From an uncultured Candidatus Saccharimonas sp. (GTDB lineage: Bacteria; Patescibacteriota; Saccharimonadia; Saccharimonadales; OMJO01), in NCBI GenBank assembly GCA_943353165.1, contig CALRAM010000001.1:45483-109482 (forward strand): 64,000 nt of DNA, read 5' to 3'. This document shows positions 9,959-18,832 of the stretch, piece after piece (position 1 is the stretch's first letter; each line of letters starts with the position of its first letter). Below the pieces are notes generated by a model. It was not told the DNA's origin, did no database searches, and was given only the letters and a program-made list of their open reading frames with translations. Position numbers and translations under genes: made by a program.

Positions 9959-12540
9959 TTAGAAAAGTATTTTTTTATTTGGGTTAAATCACGGCGTTTC
10001 CAGGCAGACTGCCATTGTATGGTTTCAATCCCTTGCTTTATGGCTCTGCCCAAACTTGGATTGTCAATTTTATTAAAAAAAGATTTGAAGGTAGTTAAAA
10101 ACTTTTCGTCACTGTATGCTCTGGCGCAATACATCGGTATTCGATAAAACGATGAATCAGTTCCTAGATTTGTTTCCAACCAATCCCAGTTTTTTGTCAT
10201 CCATTCCCATGTTTGTTTTTTTGCGTGTCGGTTCATGAAACTATATGCCATCCAATACATAGCATCCTGCAACCTAACATTGTCGGAAATTATTTGGGAT
10301 AATGCTTTTTCAATGATTTCGGGCTGTTCAAAAGATGTCAAGGCTGCGGTCAAATTTAAACGTTCTTCGCTGGAATTTGTGGTGTTATGCATTTTCAGTA
10401 ATTTTTCAAAATCTATCATACTACCTTTGCGGGCAACGGTAGAGTATATTATTGCTCTGATATCTGGGTTTATACTATTTATCTCTTTCTTTTTATCTGG
10501 GTCAGATTTTTCTATTTTTATCTCCGCAAATAGTTCCAATGATTTCTTTATAACAGCTGGCTCGTCAGAAATAGCAGCCAAAGCAATAATTATAGGACGA
10601 AGCATGCGATCAAAATGTGTATCTTTTGGATTAATTTCCCACCCAAGTCTTTTTAATTCTTTTGCTATAAGCTTGCAAGTAAATGGTTTCATGAGTTCCC
10701 GTAACTCTTCGTTGTCCATTACCTGACGAATTGAACTCAAATTGGTGGCTATAATCTCCCAAACAGTATAGTCAATTTCCCCGTCGTAATTTTCTAGTAG
10801 TGTTAATGCATCGACCGTTTCATAATAGCCAGCTTTGGAAGCTTCAAAGCTGTCTGCAATAAGGCCCATGCGTTCTACAGAGCTAAGTTTTTTGGCTTTT
10901 ATCAAAGCCCCCAACTTTTTTAAATGTTCTGGATTGTAGACGACCCTGTAAAAGCCTGTACTGTTGCAGTTCAATAACGCAGGGGCTGTATTTCCTAGTG
11001 TAATATTCAAAGTTTTGGATTTCAAGACTGTAGGTGCATCTGTTAGGTTGGACAAGAGCGGTATCTCCCATAAGTTATGTTTTGTGCTTTTTGTATGTTT
11101 AGGATTACTAAAAAATCTTTGCTGGTTTAGCTTTATGGTATCTTTACCTACTTTTGCATTAATAATCGGGTATCCGTTTTCGTTTATCCAGACTGAAATA
11201 AATTCTGACACTGGTTTTTTTGATACTTCTTCTAGGGCGTCCCATAAATCTGTTGTTTCAGTGTTACTATATTCATTTTTCGTAAGATAAAGGTTTAATC
11301 CGTTTTGAAAATCTTTTTTGCCCAGATATTCGTGTAGCATATTTATAATGCTGGCGCCTTTGCTGTAACTTATGATGTCAAAAATAGTTCTGATATCGTT
11401 TGGGTCATCGACTGGAACAATTACTGGGTGTGTATGTTCCAAAGCGTCCGACTTCAAAGCAGCCATTTTTTCATTTGTAACGAACTGAGACCATATATTC
11501 CATTCTGGATGCAAAAAATCAACAGCCAAATATTCTATCCAACTAGCAAATCCTTCGTTAAGCCATAGGTCTGTCCACCATTTCATTGTAACCAGATTTC
11601 CGAACCATTGGTGTGCCAATTCATGACCTATAACCATAGCGATGTATTGTTTTCCATGAATTGATGTATTCAACGAATCAAGTAGTAATCCATGTTCGCG
11701 AAATGTAATTAGCCCCCAGTTTTCCATAGCTCCTGCTGCAAAATCTGGTAGAGCCACTAAGTCGCATTTTGGAAGGGGATAGTTTATTCCAAAATAATCA
11801 TTATAAAATTCTAACAAACTGACTGCGGTTTCTAGAGCGTAGGCACAAAGTTTTGTTTTTTCTGGGACTGAATAGGCTCGCACCACGACACCATTTTTAG
11901 TTTTTGATTCTATAAAATCTAGATCTCCGGTTACAAAAGCAAGTAAATAAGTTGACATATTAGGTGTAGTTTCAAAAACAGAAACCATATCACCATTTAT
12001 TTGCTTAAAAGACTTGGCTGGCATATTTGAAATGGCAATTTCTCCAATCAGGGAATGTAACGTAAGATCAAATGTTGCTTTAGCTTCTGGCTCGTCTATG
12101 CACGGGAACATTTCACGGGCGTGATGACTTTCTAGCTGAGTTGCGAGTATCTTTTTATCTTTTCCGTTACTGATAAAAGAGCTTTGATAAATGCCGTGCA
12201 TTGGCCTGGTTATTTTGCCCTTGAATTCTAGATATATAGTATATCTTCCTGGATATAAAGTGTTGTCTGCATGCAAGCGTACTTCGTCGTATAAATTATG
12301 ATTATTTATACGGACTATGTTTATTTCAGTGTCACCTTTTTTGGTATGTGCAGTTATTTTTGCACTTGTGATTATTAGACCCTTTTGGTGAAATACAATT
12401 TTTTTGGAAGGTTTATTTACCAAACTACCAGCAATAGTTACGTTACCCTTAAAACTTAGTTTTTGTTGGTCAGGGTTAATAGTAAGATTGTAGTTTTTAG
12501 GAATAAAATTGTTATATAAACGTTTTACACCTTTTGACAT
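9955..12540 (-). CDS. pepN: aminopeptidase N (M1 family zinc metallopeptidase)
   Basis: GAMENWG exopeptidase motif and HELAHQWFGN..WLNEGFA zinc-binding motif. I chose the start at MSKGVKRLY (ATG at 12540). Confidence 0.9.
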   Translation of the reverse strand: MSKGVKRLYNNFIPKNYNLTINPDQQKLSFKGNVTIAGSLVNKPSKKIVFHQKGLIITSAKITAHTKKGDTEINIVRINNHNLYDEVRLHADNTLYPGRYTIYLEFKGKITRPMHGIYQSSFISNGKDKKILATQLESHHAREMFPCIDEPEAKATFDLTLHSLIGEIAISNMPAKSFKQINGDMVSVFETTPNMSTYLLAFVTGDLDFIESKTKNGVVVRAYSVPEKTKLCAYALETAVSLLEFYNDYFGINYPLPKCDLVALPDFAAGAMENWGLITFREHGLLLDSLNTSIHGKQYIAMVIGHELAHQWFGNLVTMKWWTDLWLNEGFASWIEYLAVDFLHPEWNIWSQFVTNEKMAALKSDALEHTHPVIVPVDDPNDIRTIFDIISYSKGASIINMLHEYLGKKDFQNGLNLYLTKNEYSNTETTDLWDALEEVSKKPVSEFISVWINENGYPIINAKVGKDTIKLNQQRFFSNPKHTKSTKHNLWEIPLLSNLTDAPTVLKSKTLNITLGNTAPALLNCNSTGFYRVVYNPEHLKKLGALIKAKKLSSVERMGLIADSFEASKAGYYETVDALTLLENYDGEIDYTVWEIIATNLSSIRQVMDNEELRELMKPFTCKLIAKELKRLGWEINPKDTHFDRMLRPIIIALAAISDEPAVIKKSLELFAEIKIEKSDPDKKKEINSINPDIRAIIYSTVARKGSMIDFEKLLKMHNTTNSSEERLNLTAALTSFEQPEIIEKALSQIISDNVRLQDAMYWMAYSFMNRHAKKQTWEWMTKNWDWLETNLGTDSSFYRIPMYCARAYSDEKFLTTFKSFFNKIDNPSLGRAIKQGIETIQWQSAWKRRDLTQIKKYFSN

Positions 12541-12582
12541 ATAGATATATTTTAGCACGGCGTAGGTAGAGCATACTAAATA

Positions 12583-12611
12583 TTGACAATATTAAATTAT
12601 CCAGGTATTAT
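12583..12611 (+). promoter_or_regulatory. candidate sigma70-type promoter of nusA (TTGACA-17 nt-TATTAT)
   Basis: TTGACA at 12583-12588 and TATTAT at 12606-12611, separated by a 17-nt spacer, about 60 nt upstream of the nusA ATG. Confidence 0.4.
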
Positions 12612-12622
12612 GTTGATAGTTC

Positions 12623-12647
12623 ATCCGGCCAAAAGGTCGGATTTTTT
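12623..12647 (+). terminator. intrinsic-terminator-like hairpin in the nusA leader (possible attenuator)
   Basis: ATCCGGCC-AAAA-GGTCGGAT forms 8 bp (one G.U pair) and is followed by a T run. It lies between the candidate promoter and the nusA RBS. Confidence 0.45.
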
Positions 12648-12670
12648 ACTAATAACGAAAGGATAAAAAA

Positions 12671-13840
12671 ATGGACCTAGATATTAAACAATTAGCTATA
12701 GCCGTTAAAACTATAGCTGAAGAAAAAAACCTACCTGAAGCGACTGTTCAACAAATTGTTGAACAAGCATTAGCTGCAGCTTATCGCAGAGATTATGGCG
12801 ACAGAGAACAGGACGTGCGCGTTAATATGAACATAAATAACGGCGATGTTGATGTTTATATCAACAAAGAAGTCGTTGAGAAAATTGGAGATGGTAATTT
12901 TGAGATTAGCCTAGTAGATGCCAGCGTAATGAAAAAGAACGCCAAAATTGGCGACATCATAGAAGTTAAAGAGAAAATAGAAAATTTAGGTAGAGTAGCC
13001 GCTCAGACAGCAAAGCAGGTTATGCTGCAACAACTCAGAGAAGCAGAGCGGGATATAATAATGCTGGAATACGAAGACAAGATTGGAACTGTAGTAAATG
13101 CTATTGTGTCTCGTGTTGAAGGTCGTTTGGTTCGACTAGACCTAGGCAAAGCACAAGGCATAATGCCAATGAGTGAACAGATTAGCAACGAAAGGTATTA
13201 CCCAGGACAAAGACTCAGAGTATTTCTAAAAGATGTAGAACGTGGTTTTAGAGGTCCACAATTGGTTGTGTCACGGGGTAATAAAGAATTTATTGAATGG
13301 CTATTCCGTGGCGAAGTGCCAGAAATGGAAAGCGGAGCAGTAGAAATAAAAGACATAGCCCGCGAAGCAGGAGTTCGTAGCAAAATAGCTGTACATAGTA
13401 CTATACCCGGAGTAGATCCTGTTGGTACTTTTGTGGGCGGTAGAGGAATGCGTGTAAATGCAGTCATGAGTGAAGTTGGCGAACAAGAAAAAATAGATAT
13501 AGTAGTGTGGGCAGAGGATACAGAGCAATACATCATAAATGCGCTCAGCCCGACTAAGGTTACAAAGGTTATATTAGACAAGACAAATCTAAAAGCAAAA
13601 GTAGTAGTTCCAGAAGATCAGCTAAGTATTGCCATAGGAAAAAGCGGACAAAATGTCAGACTTGCTAGTAAACTGGCTGGTTACGATATCGATATTGAGT
13701 CTGATAAACCATCAGAAGAAATCGTCGAAAAATTAATCGATTCCAAGCCAGTGCCAGTACAACCATTGAAGAAAAAAGAACAACTAGAAACTAGTCTATT
13801 AGACGCAATCGAAGAACACGGAACAGAAACAAATAAATAA
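12671..13840 (+). CDS. nusA: transcription termination/antitermination factor NusA
   Basis: 389 aa with an N-terminal domain, S1 domain and KH domains (IAIGKSGQNVRLASKLAGYDIDI). Confidence 0.95.
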   Translation: MDLDIKQLAIAVKTIAEEKNLPEATVQQIVEQALAAAYRRDYGDREQDVRVNMNINNGDVDVYINKEVVEKIGDGNFEISLVDASVMKKNAKIGDIIEVKEKIENLGRVAAQTAKQVMLQQLREAERDIIMLEYEDKIGTVVNAIVSRVEGRLVRLDLGKAQGIMPMSEQISNERYYPGQRLRVFLKDVERGFRGPQLVVSRGNKEFIEWLFRGEVPEMESGAVEIKDIAREAGVRSKIAVHSTIPGVDPVGTFVGGRGMRVNAVMSEVGEQEKIDIVVWAEDTEQYIINALSPTKVTKVILDKTNLKAKVVVPEDQLSIAIGKSGQNVRLASKLAGYDIDIESDKPSEEIVEKLIDSKPVPVQPLKKKEQLETSLLDAIEEHGTETNK

Positions 13841-13881
13841 AAAAGCTAGCAGCAGCTGGCGAACCAGAAAAAATAATCAAA

Positions 13882-13908
13882 CTAGCACTCTTGACCAACG
13901 AGTGCTAG
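13882..13908. promoter_or_regulatory. CIRCE-like perfect inverted repeat (CTAGCACTC-N9-GAGTGCTAG) overlapping the candidate clpC promoter
   Basis: Each arm matches the CIRCE consensus TTAGCACTC-N9-GAGTGCTAA at 8/9 positions. The spacer begins with TTGACC (13891-13896), and TATTAT lies at 13915-13920. Confidence 0.55.
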
Positions 13909-13966
13909 TCTTGTTATTATTTAACTACAATTGAATAACTATATAGGGGATAAAAAATAATAATTT

Positions 13967-16462
13967 ATGTTGCCGAATAACGAAGAATATCAAGAGTTCA
14001 TAAATCATCTTACTGACAATGCACTGTCTAGTTTAAAGCATGCAGGAGCTATCGCTCAAAGTTTCGGCAGTGCTTATGTTGGAACGGAGCATCTATTGCT
14101 AGGTGTTCTGGCTCAGGATTCCAGTATAGGTGCCAAAATTCTAGAGTCCGCAGGAGTAACGCTGGATCGAGCCAGGTTAGCTTTAAACATGACATCTAAA
14201 ACTTTGGTAATAAATCTAGGCACAAAAGGCCTGAGCGAAACTGCAAAGCTTACTCTGCGCATGGCATATGACGTAGCTCAGGATTTTACCCAGGAATACT
14301 GTGGTACAGAGCATATTTTGTACAGTATATTAAATCAAAAAAATGCCAGAGCTACTACTTTGCTGAGAGACATGAATGTTGACATAGACTCGTTGCTATC
14401 GGAACTAGAATCTTTTTTGAACAGACAGCAATACGACGATAATGCAACTTCAGACGAAGTAAAGAAAAGAAATAGAAATAAAATCAGGTCAACCGCACTA
14501 GATTACTTTGGCACAGATTTAACGATGATGGCTAAACAAGGCGAACTAGACCCCGTAGTCGGTCGTGAAGTTCAGATACGAAGACTCATAACTATATTGA
14601 ACCGCAGAACAAAAAATAATCCTGTGTTATTAGGGGAACCTGGCGTAGGAAAAACTGCGATTGTGGAAGGCTTAGCACAAAGAATTGTAGCTGAAGATGT
14701 TCCGGACAGTCTCATCGATAAAAAAATAATAATGTTAGATTTAGCCGGAATGATAGCAGGAACCAAGTACCGTGGTGAATTTGAAGAACGAATGAAGAAA
14801 GTTATGTCTGAGGTAGAGAATAATAACCAAATTATCTTGTTTATCGACGAGCTACATTTGATAGTTGGCGCTGGCGCTGCAGAAGGTGCTATGGATGCGG
14901 GCAGTATTCTGAAACCTGCATTAGCTAGATCCAGAATTCAATTGATAGGCGCCACTACCACAACCGATTATACTAAACACGTTGAAAAAGATTCAGCATT
15001 GGAACGACGTTTTCAACCCATTCAAGTTCCTGAAGCATCAACAGCTGAAACCGTTTCTATACTAAAAGGGCTAAGAAAACATTATGAAAACTTTCATAAT
15101 GTGGTCATAAGTGACGAGGTTATATTAGACACGGTTACTATGGCAGCCAGATATATAAATGACAGATTTATGCCAGACAAGGCCATAGATTTAATGGATG
15201 AGACCGCAGCGCACCTACGAGTAGATAAAGGCAAAACACTTCCAGAAGTTCGCAAGCTCCAAAAAGACCTAAAGCTAATAAATATGAAAATAGAAGCTGC
15301 AGTAGATAACGAAGACTACGAAAAAGCAGCTCTAAAAAAACAAAAAGCTAGCCAGATATCAGAAAAATTGAAACAGTTGAAATCAGATGGAAAAACAGCA
15401 AACAGCATAACAGTTCGTAGCGAGGATGTCGCAGAGGTAGTGGCTAGAATGACAGGTGTCCCAGTTACTAAAGTTATTAGAGCAGAAGCAAAGTACTTGT
15501 TACACCTAGAAAAAACACTGGGCAAATATATTATTGGTCAGCACGAAGCAGTCAGCGCAGTATCAAAAGCTATTAGACGCAATAGAGTTGGCATAAGTAA
15601 TGGAAAGAGACCGATAGGCTCATTTATATTTTTGGGTCCAACTGGAGTAGGGAAGACTGAGTTAGCCAGAGTTTTGGCCAGAGAATTTTTTGGTAACGAA
15701 GATTCACTTGTCAAAATAGATATGAGCGAGTTTGGGGAGCATCATAATATTTCCCGTTTAATTGGTGCACCTGCAGGTTATGTCGGCTATGATGATGGCG
15801 GTCAACTAACAGACAAAATACGGCGACAACCATATAGTCTGGTTCTCTTTGATGAAATTGAAAAGGCCCACCCAGAAGTTTTTAACATACTACTACAAAT
15901 ACTTGAAGACGGGTATCTGACTGATTCAAAAGCTCGAAAAATAGATTTTACAAATACAGTAGTAATTATGACCAGCAATCTTGGAGCCGATAAACTTCAA
16001 AAAGAGGCTTCTCTGGGCTTTAGAGTATCGCTTCCAAGCGAACAAAAGGATTTGAACAATTTGCATCAAAGAAATACTGATAAGGTCCTAGAAGAGTTAA
16101 AGGAAAGTATGCGGCCAGAACTACTAAATCGTATTGATAAAACCATAGTTTTTAGAGCTCTTACCAAAAAAGAAGTATTAAAAATATTGGACTTACAGAT
16201 AGGAGATTTGCGCGGTCGTCTATTAAAACGCGGCATAGGTCTACATTTGAATAGTAACGCCAAAACACATTTACTAAATGAAGGTTACGATGCCCAGAAT
16301 GGCGTTAGGCCAATGAGAAGATTGTTGCAAGAAACAATAGAAGATCAAATAGCCTTCGGATTGCTAGAAGAAACCTACACGACAGGAGATATAATCAGTG
16401 TAAGCGTAAGTGGCAAGACTTTATTATATGAGCGCAAAAATGAATCCAAAGTGCTAAAATAG
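13967..16462 (+). CDS. clpC: ATP-dependent Clp protease ATP-binding subunit ClpC (class I AAA+, two NBDs)
   Basis: Two Clp_N repeats, Walker A motifs GEPGVGKT and GPTGVGKT, a middle coiled-coil region and a ClpB_D2-small C-terminus. Confidence 0.9.
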   Translation: MLPNNEEYQEFINHLTDNALSSLKHAGAIAQSFGSAYVGTEHLLLGVLAQDSSIGAKILESAGVTLDRARLALNMTSKTLVINLGTKGLSETAKLTLRMAYDVAQDFTQEYCGTEHILYSILNQKNARATTLLRDMNVDIDSLLSELESFLNRQQYDDNATSDEVKKRNRNKIRSTALDYFGTDLTMMAKQGELDPVVGREVQIRRLITILNRRTKNNPVLLGEPGVGKTAIVEGLAQRIVAEDVPDSLIDKKIIMLDLAGMIAGTKYRGEFEERMKKVMSEVENNNQIILFIDELHLIVGAGAAEGAMDAGSILKPALARSRIQLIGATTTTDYTKHVEKDSALERRFQPIQVPEASTAETVSILKGLRKHYENFHNVVISDEVILDTVTMAARYINDRFMPDKAIDLMDETAAHLRVDKGKTLPEVRKLQKDLKLINMKIEAAVDNEDYEKAALKKQKASQISEKLKQLKSDGKTANSITVRSEDVAEVVARMTGVPVTKVIRAEAKYLLHLEKTLGKYIIGQHEAVSAVSKAIRRNRVGISNGKRPIGSFIFLGPTGVGKTELARVLAREFFGNEDSLVKIDMSEFGEHHNISRLIGAPAGYVGYDDGGQLTDKIRRQPYSLVLFDEIEKAHPEVFNILLQILEDGYLTDSKARKIDFTNTVVIMTSNLGADKLQKEASLGFRVSLPSEQKDLNNLHQRNTDKVLEELKESMRPELLNRIDKTIVFRALTKKEVLKILDLQIGDLRGRLLKRGIGLHLNSNAKTHLLNEGYDAQNGVRPMRRLLQETIEDQIAFGLLEETYTTGDIISVSVSGKTLLYERKNESKVLK

Positions 16463-16466
16463 CAGC

Positions 16467-17435
16467 ATGTACACCTATAAAAGAAAGCTAAGTTTTGGGT
16501 TAGCTATGACATTTGTAGCGGTGCTCCCGCTCTTGTTGCTTGTAAAAAAACAGCAAATTATTGACTGGACTCAACTAAGGAATTATAAACCTGATTCAAT
16601 AATCTCTAAGCTAGCAGTAGATACTACTATGAGTAACCTTGGAAGACATTTGTTTTATGTAAATCATCCTACACTTCATGAAAAATCAACATTTGCTGGA
16701 CATTGCAAAATTAGTGAGCTAACAAACATTTTGGGATGTTACGTAAGTGGAGACGGTATCTACCTTTACGATGTCAAGGATCCTCGTTTGTCTGGCATAA
16801 AAGAAGCCACTTCAGCTCACGAAATGTTGCACGTAGCATACGAAAGATTAAGTGCTACAGAAAAAGTTAAAGTCAACAAAATGTTACTAGACGTTTATTC
16901 TAAAGTTACAGATACACGCATAAAAAATACTATTGCAAGCTACAAAAAAGCAGGTGCAGATACTACAAATGAACTGCATTCTATTTTAGGTACTGAAATA
17001 TTGGCTTTGACTCCTGACCTAGAGAACTATTACAAGAAATATTTTACAAATCGCACAGCAGTAGTCAAATATTTTAATCAGTATCAAAATGCCTTTGAAG
17101 AAAGAAAAAACAAAGTCGAGCAATATGATATTTCTCTTGCCAGCATAAAATCCAGAATAGAAAATCTAGAATATGACCTTAAAAATGAAGCTTCTAGCCT
17201 AGAAAACGAACGTTCCAGGATGAATAATTTGATAGCGAACAATCAAGTTTCGGAGTACAACCAAGCAGTACCCATATTTAATCGTAGAATAGAAGCCTAT
17301 AATAATAAAACCAAAGTCGTAAAACAACTAGTAGATGACTATAACGGTATAGTTATTGAACGCAACAACATTGCGACAGAAGAAAATGAACTTATCAAAG
17401 CCATAGATAGCAGTCCTGTAAATATTAAAGTTTAG
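16467..17435 (+). CDS. hypothetical membrane-anchored protein with HExxH motif and C-terminal coiled coil
   Basis: 322 aa with an N-terminal TM helix, AHEMLH (HExxH), a later NELHS motif, and a heptad-like Asn/Glu/Lys-rich C-terminal third. Confidence 0.6.
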   Translation: MYTYKRKLSFGLAMTFVAVLPLLLLVKKQQIIDWTQLRNYKPDSIISKLAVDTTMSNLGRHLFYVNHPTLHEKSTFAGHCKISELTNILGCYVSGDGIYLYDVKDPRLSGIKEATSAHEMLHVAYERLSATEKVKVNKMLLDVYSKVTDTRIKNTIASYKKAGADTTNELHSILGTEILALTPDLENYYKKYFTNRTAVVKYFNQYQNAFEERKNKVEQYDISLASIKSRIENLEYDLKNEASSLENERSRMNNLIANNQVSEYNQAVPIFNRRIEAYNNKTKVVKQLVDDYNGIVIERNNIATEENELIKAIDSSPVNIKV

Positions 17436-17481
17436 CATATTCGCAACACATTCGTTGATGTAATGTAGTATATTGTTAAAT

Positions 17482-18828
17482 ATGGCCAAGAAATCTAGTG
17501 TAGTTTATTTATGTAGTAATTGTGGATCTCAGAGCCCAACATTTAGCGGTAAGTGCTACCATTGCAACGAATGGAACACTATTTCGGAGCATTTAAATAG
17601 TGTGTCTGTGCAATCTAATAAAAAAGGTAGGGTGTTACAGTCACAATCCGTTAAGGCATCGCTAGCAAAAGATCAACCACGTTACATTTCCGGTATTTCT
17701 GAAGTAGATATGGTTCTAGGCGGTGGATTGGTAGCCGGTAGTGTTATTTTGATTGCTGGTCAGCCCGGTATAGGAAAAAGTACTCTTTTGCTACAAACAG
17801 CCTACGATTTATCAAAAAAGTATCCAGTTTTGTATATAAGTGGAGAAGAGTCTGCCCATCAAATTGGCCTGCGTGCAGAAAGGTTGGGTACTTTTAGCAA
17901 AAGTTTGCAGTTAGCTACTAGCACAATAGCAGACGATATAGCAGCTACAATCGCATCAGCTGATTTTAAAATAGTAATAGTTGATTCAATACAAACAATA
18001 GCTTGCAATGATATTTCCAGTGCCGCTGGGAATGTTAGTCAGATAACTAATAGCACCCAATTGTTGTCTGCTGCAGCTAAACAGTCAGGTACAGCCCTTT
18101 TATTGGTTGGTCATGTAACTAAAGAAGGTTCTATTGCTGGCCCAAAGGTTCTAGAGCATGTAGTGGATGTTGTATTGCAATTGGAAGGCGATAGGTACGG
18201 TGGTTTCAAGGTGCTCAGAGCTATAAAAAATAGATATGGTTCAACCAACGAAGCCGGTATTTTTGAAATGACAGACAAAGGTATGCAACCTGTCGATAAT
18301 CCCTCTAAGGCACTATTGTCTGAACGTCAGGTTAGCGATGGTTCTATAGTACTAGCCACATTGGAAGGCACGAGACCATTATTGGTAGAAGTTCAGGCAT
18401 TGGTAAACAAAACCAGCTACGGATACCCAAAAAGAGCTTCTAGTGGTGTCGATTTAAACAGGGTAAACTTATTGGTAGCTATGCTAGAAAGACGAACTAA
18501 ACTGAATCTGTCCGACAAAGACATATACATAAATATTGTCGGTGGCATCAAACTGACTGAACCAGCAGCTGATTTGGCTATCTGTATGGCTATAGCATCT
18601 GCAGCAAAAGGTATGCAACTAAATAGCAACTGCGTTGTTTTTGGAGAAATTGGATTATCAGGAGAAATCCGACATGTATCTCATGTTGACAAGCGTATTG
18701 CCGAGGCTAAAAAATTAGGTTTTGACGGTGCGATAGGCCCCGTTATTAAAGGTGGCAAAACAACAACAAATTATCATTCAGTCAAAGACATTCGTACCGC
18801 TTTAAACTTATTTCTAGAAAAGGACTAG
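17482..18828 (+). CDS. radA: DNA repair protein RadA/Sms
   Basis: Zinc ribbon CSNCGSQS..CYHCNEWNT, Walker A GQPGIGKST, a KNRYG motif and a Lon-like C-terminal domain. I chose the ATG at 17482. Confidence 0.95.
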   Translation: MAKKSSVVYLCSNCGSQSPTFSGKCYHCNEWNTISEHLNSVSVQSNKKGRVLQSQSVKASLAKDQPRYISGISEVDMVLGGGLVAGSVILIAGQPGIGKSTLLLQTAYDLSKKYPVLYISGEESAHQIGLRAERLGTFSKSLQLATSTIADDIAATIASADFKIVIVDSIQTIACNDISSAAGNVSQITNSTQLLSAAAKQSGTALLLVGHVTKEGSIAGPKVLEHVVDVVLQLEGDRYGGFKVLRAIKNRYGSTNEAGIFEMTDKGMQPVDNPSKALLSERQVSDGSIVLATLEGTRPLLVEVQALVNKTSYGYPKRASSGVDLNRVNLLVAMLERRTKLNLSDKDIYINIVGGIKLTEPAADLAICMAIASAAKGMQLNSNCVVFGEIGLSGEIRHVSHVDKRIAEAKKLGFDGAIGPVIKGGKTTTNYHSVKDIRTALNLFLEKD

Positions 18829-18832
18829 TTTG

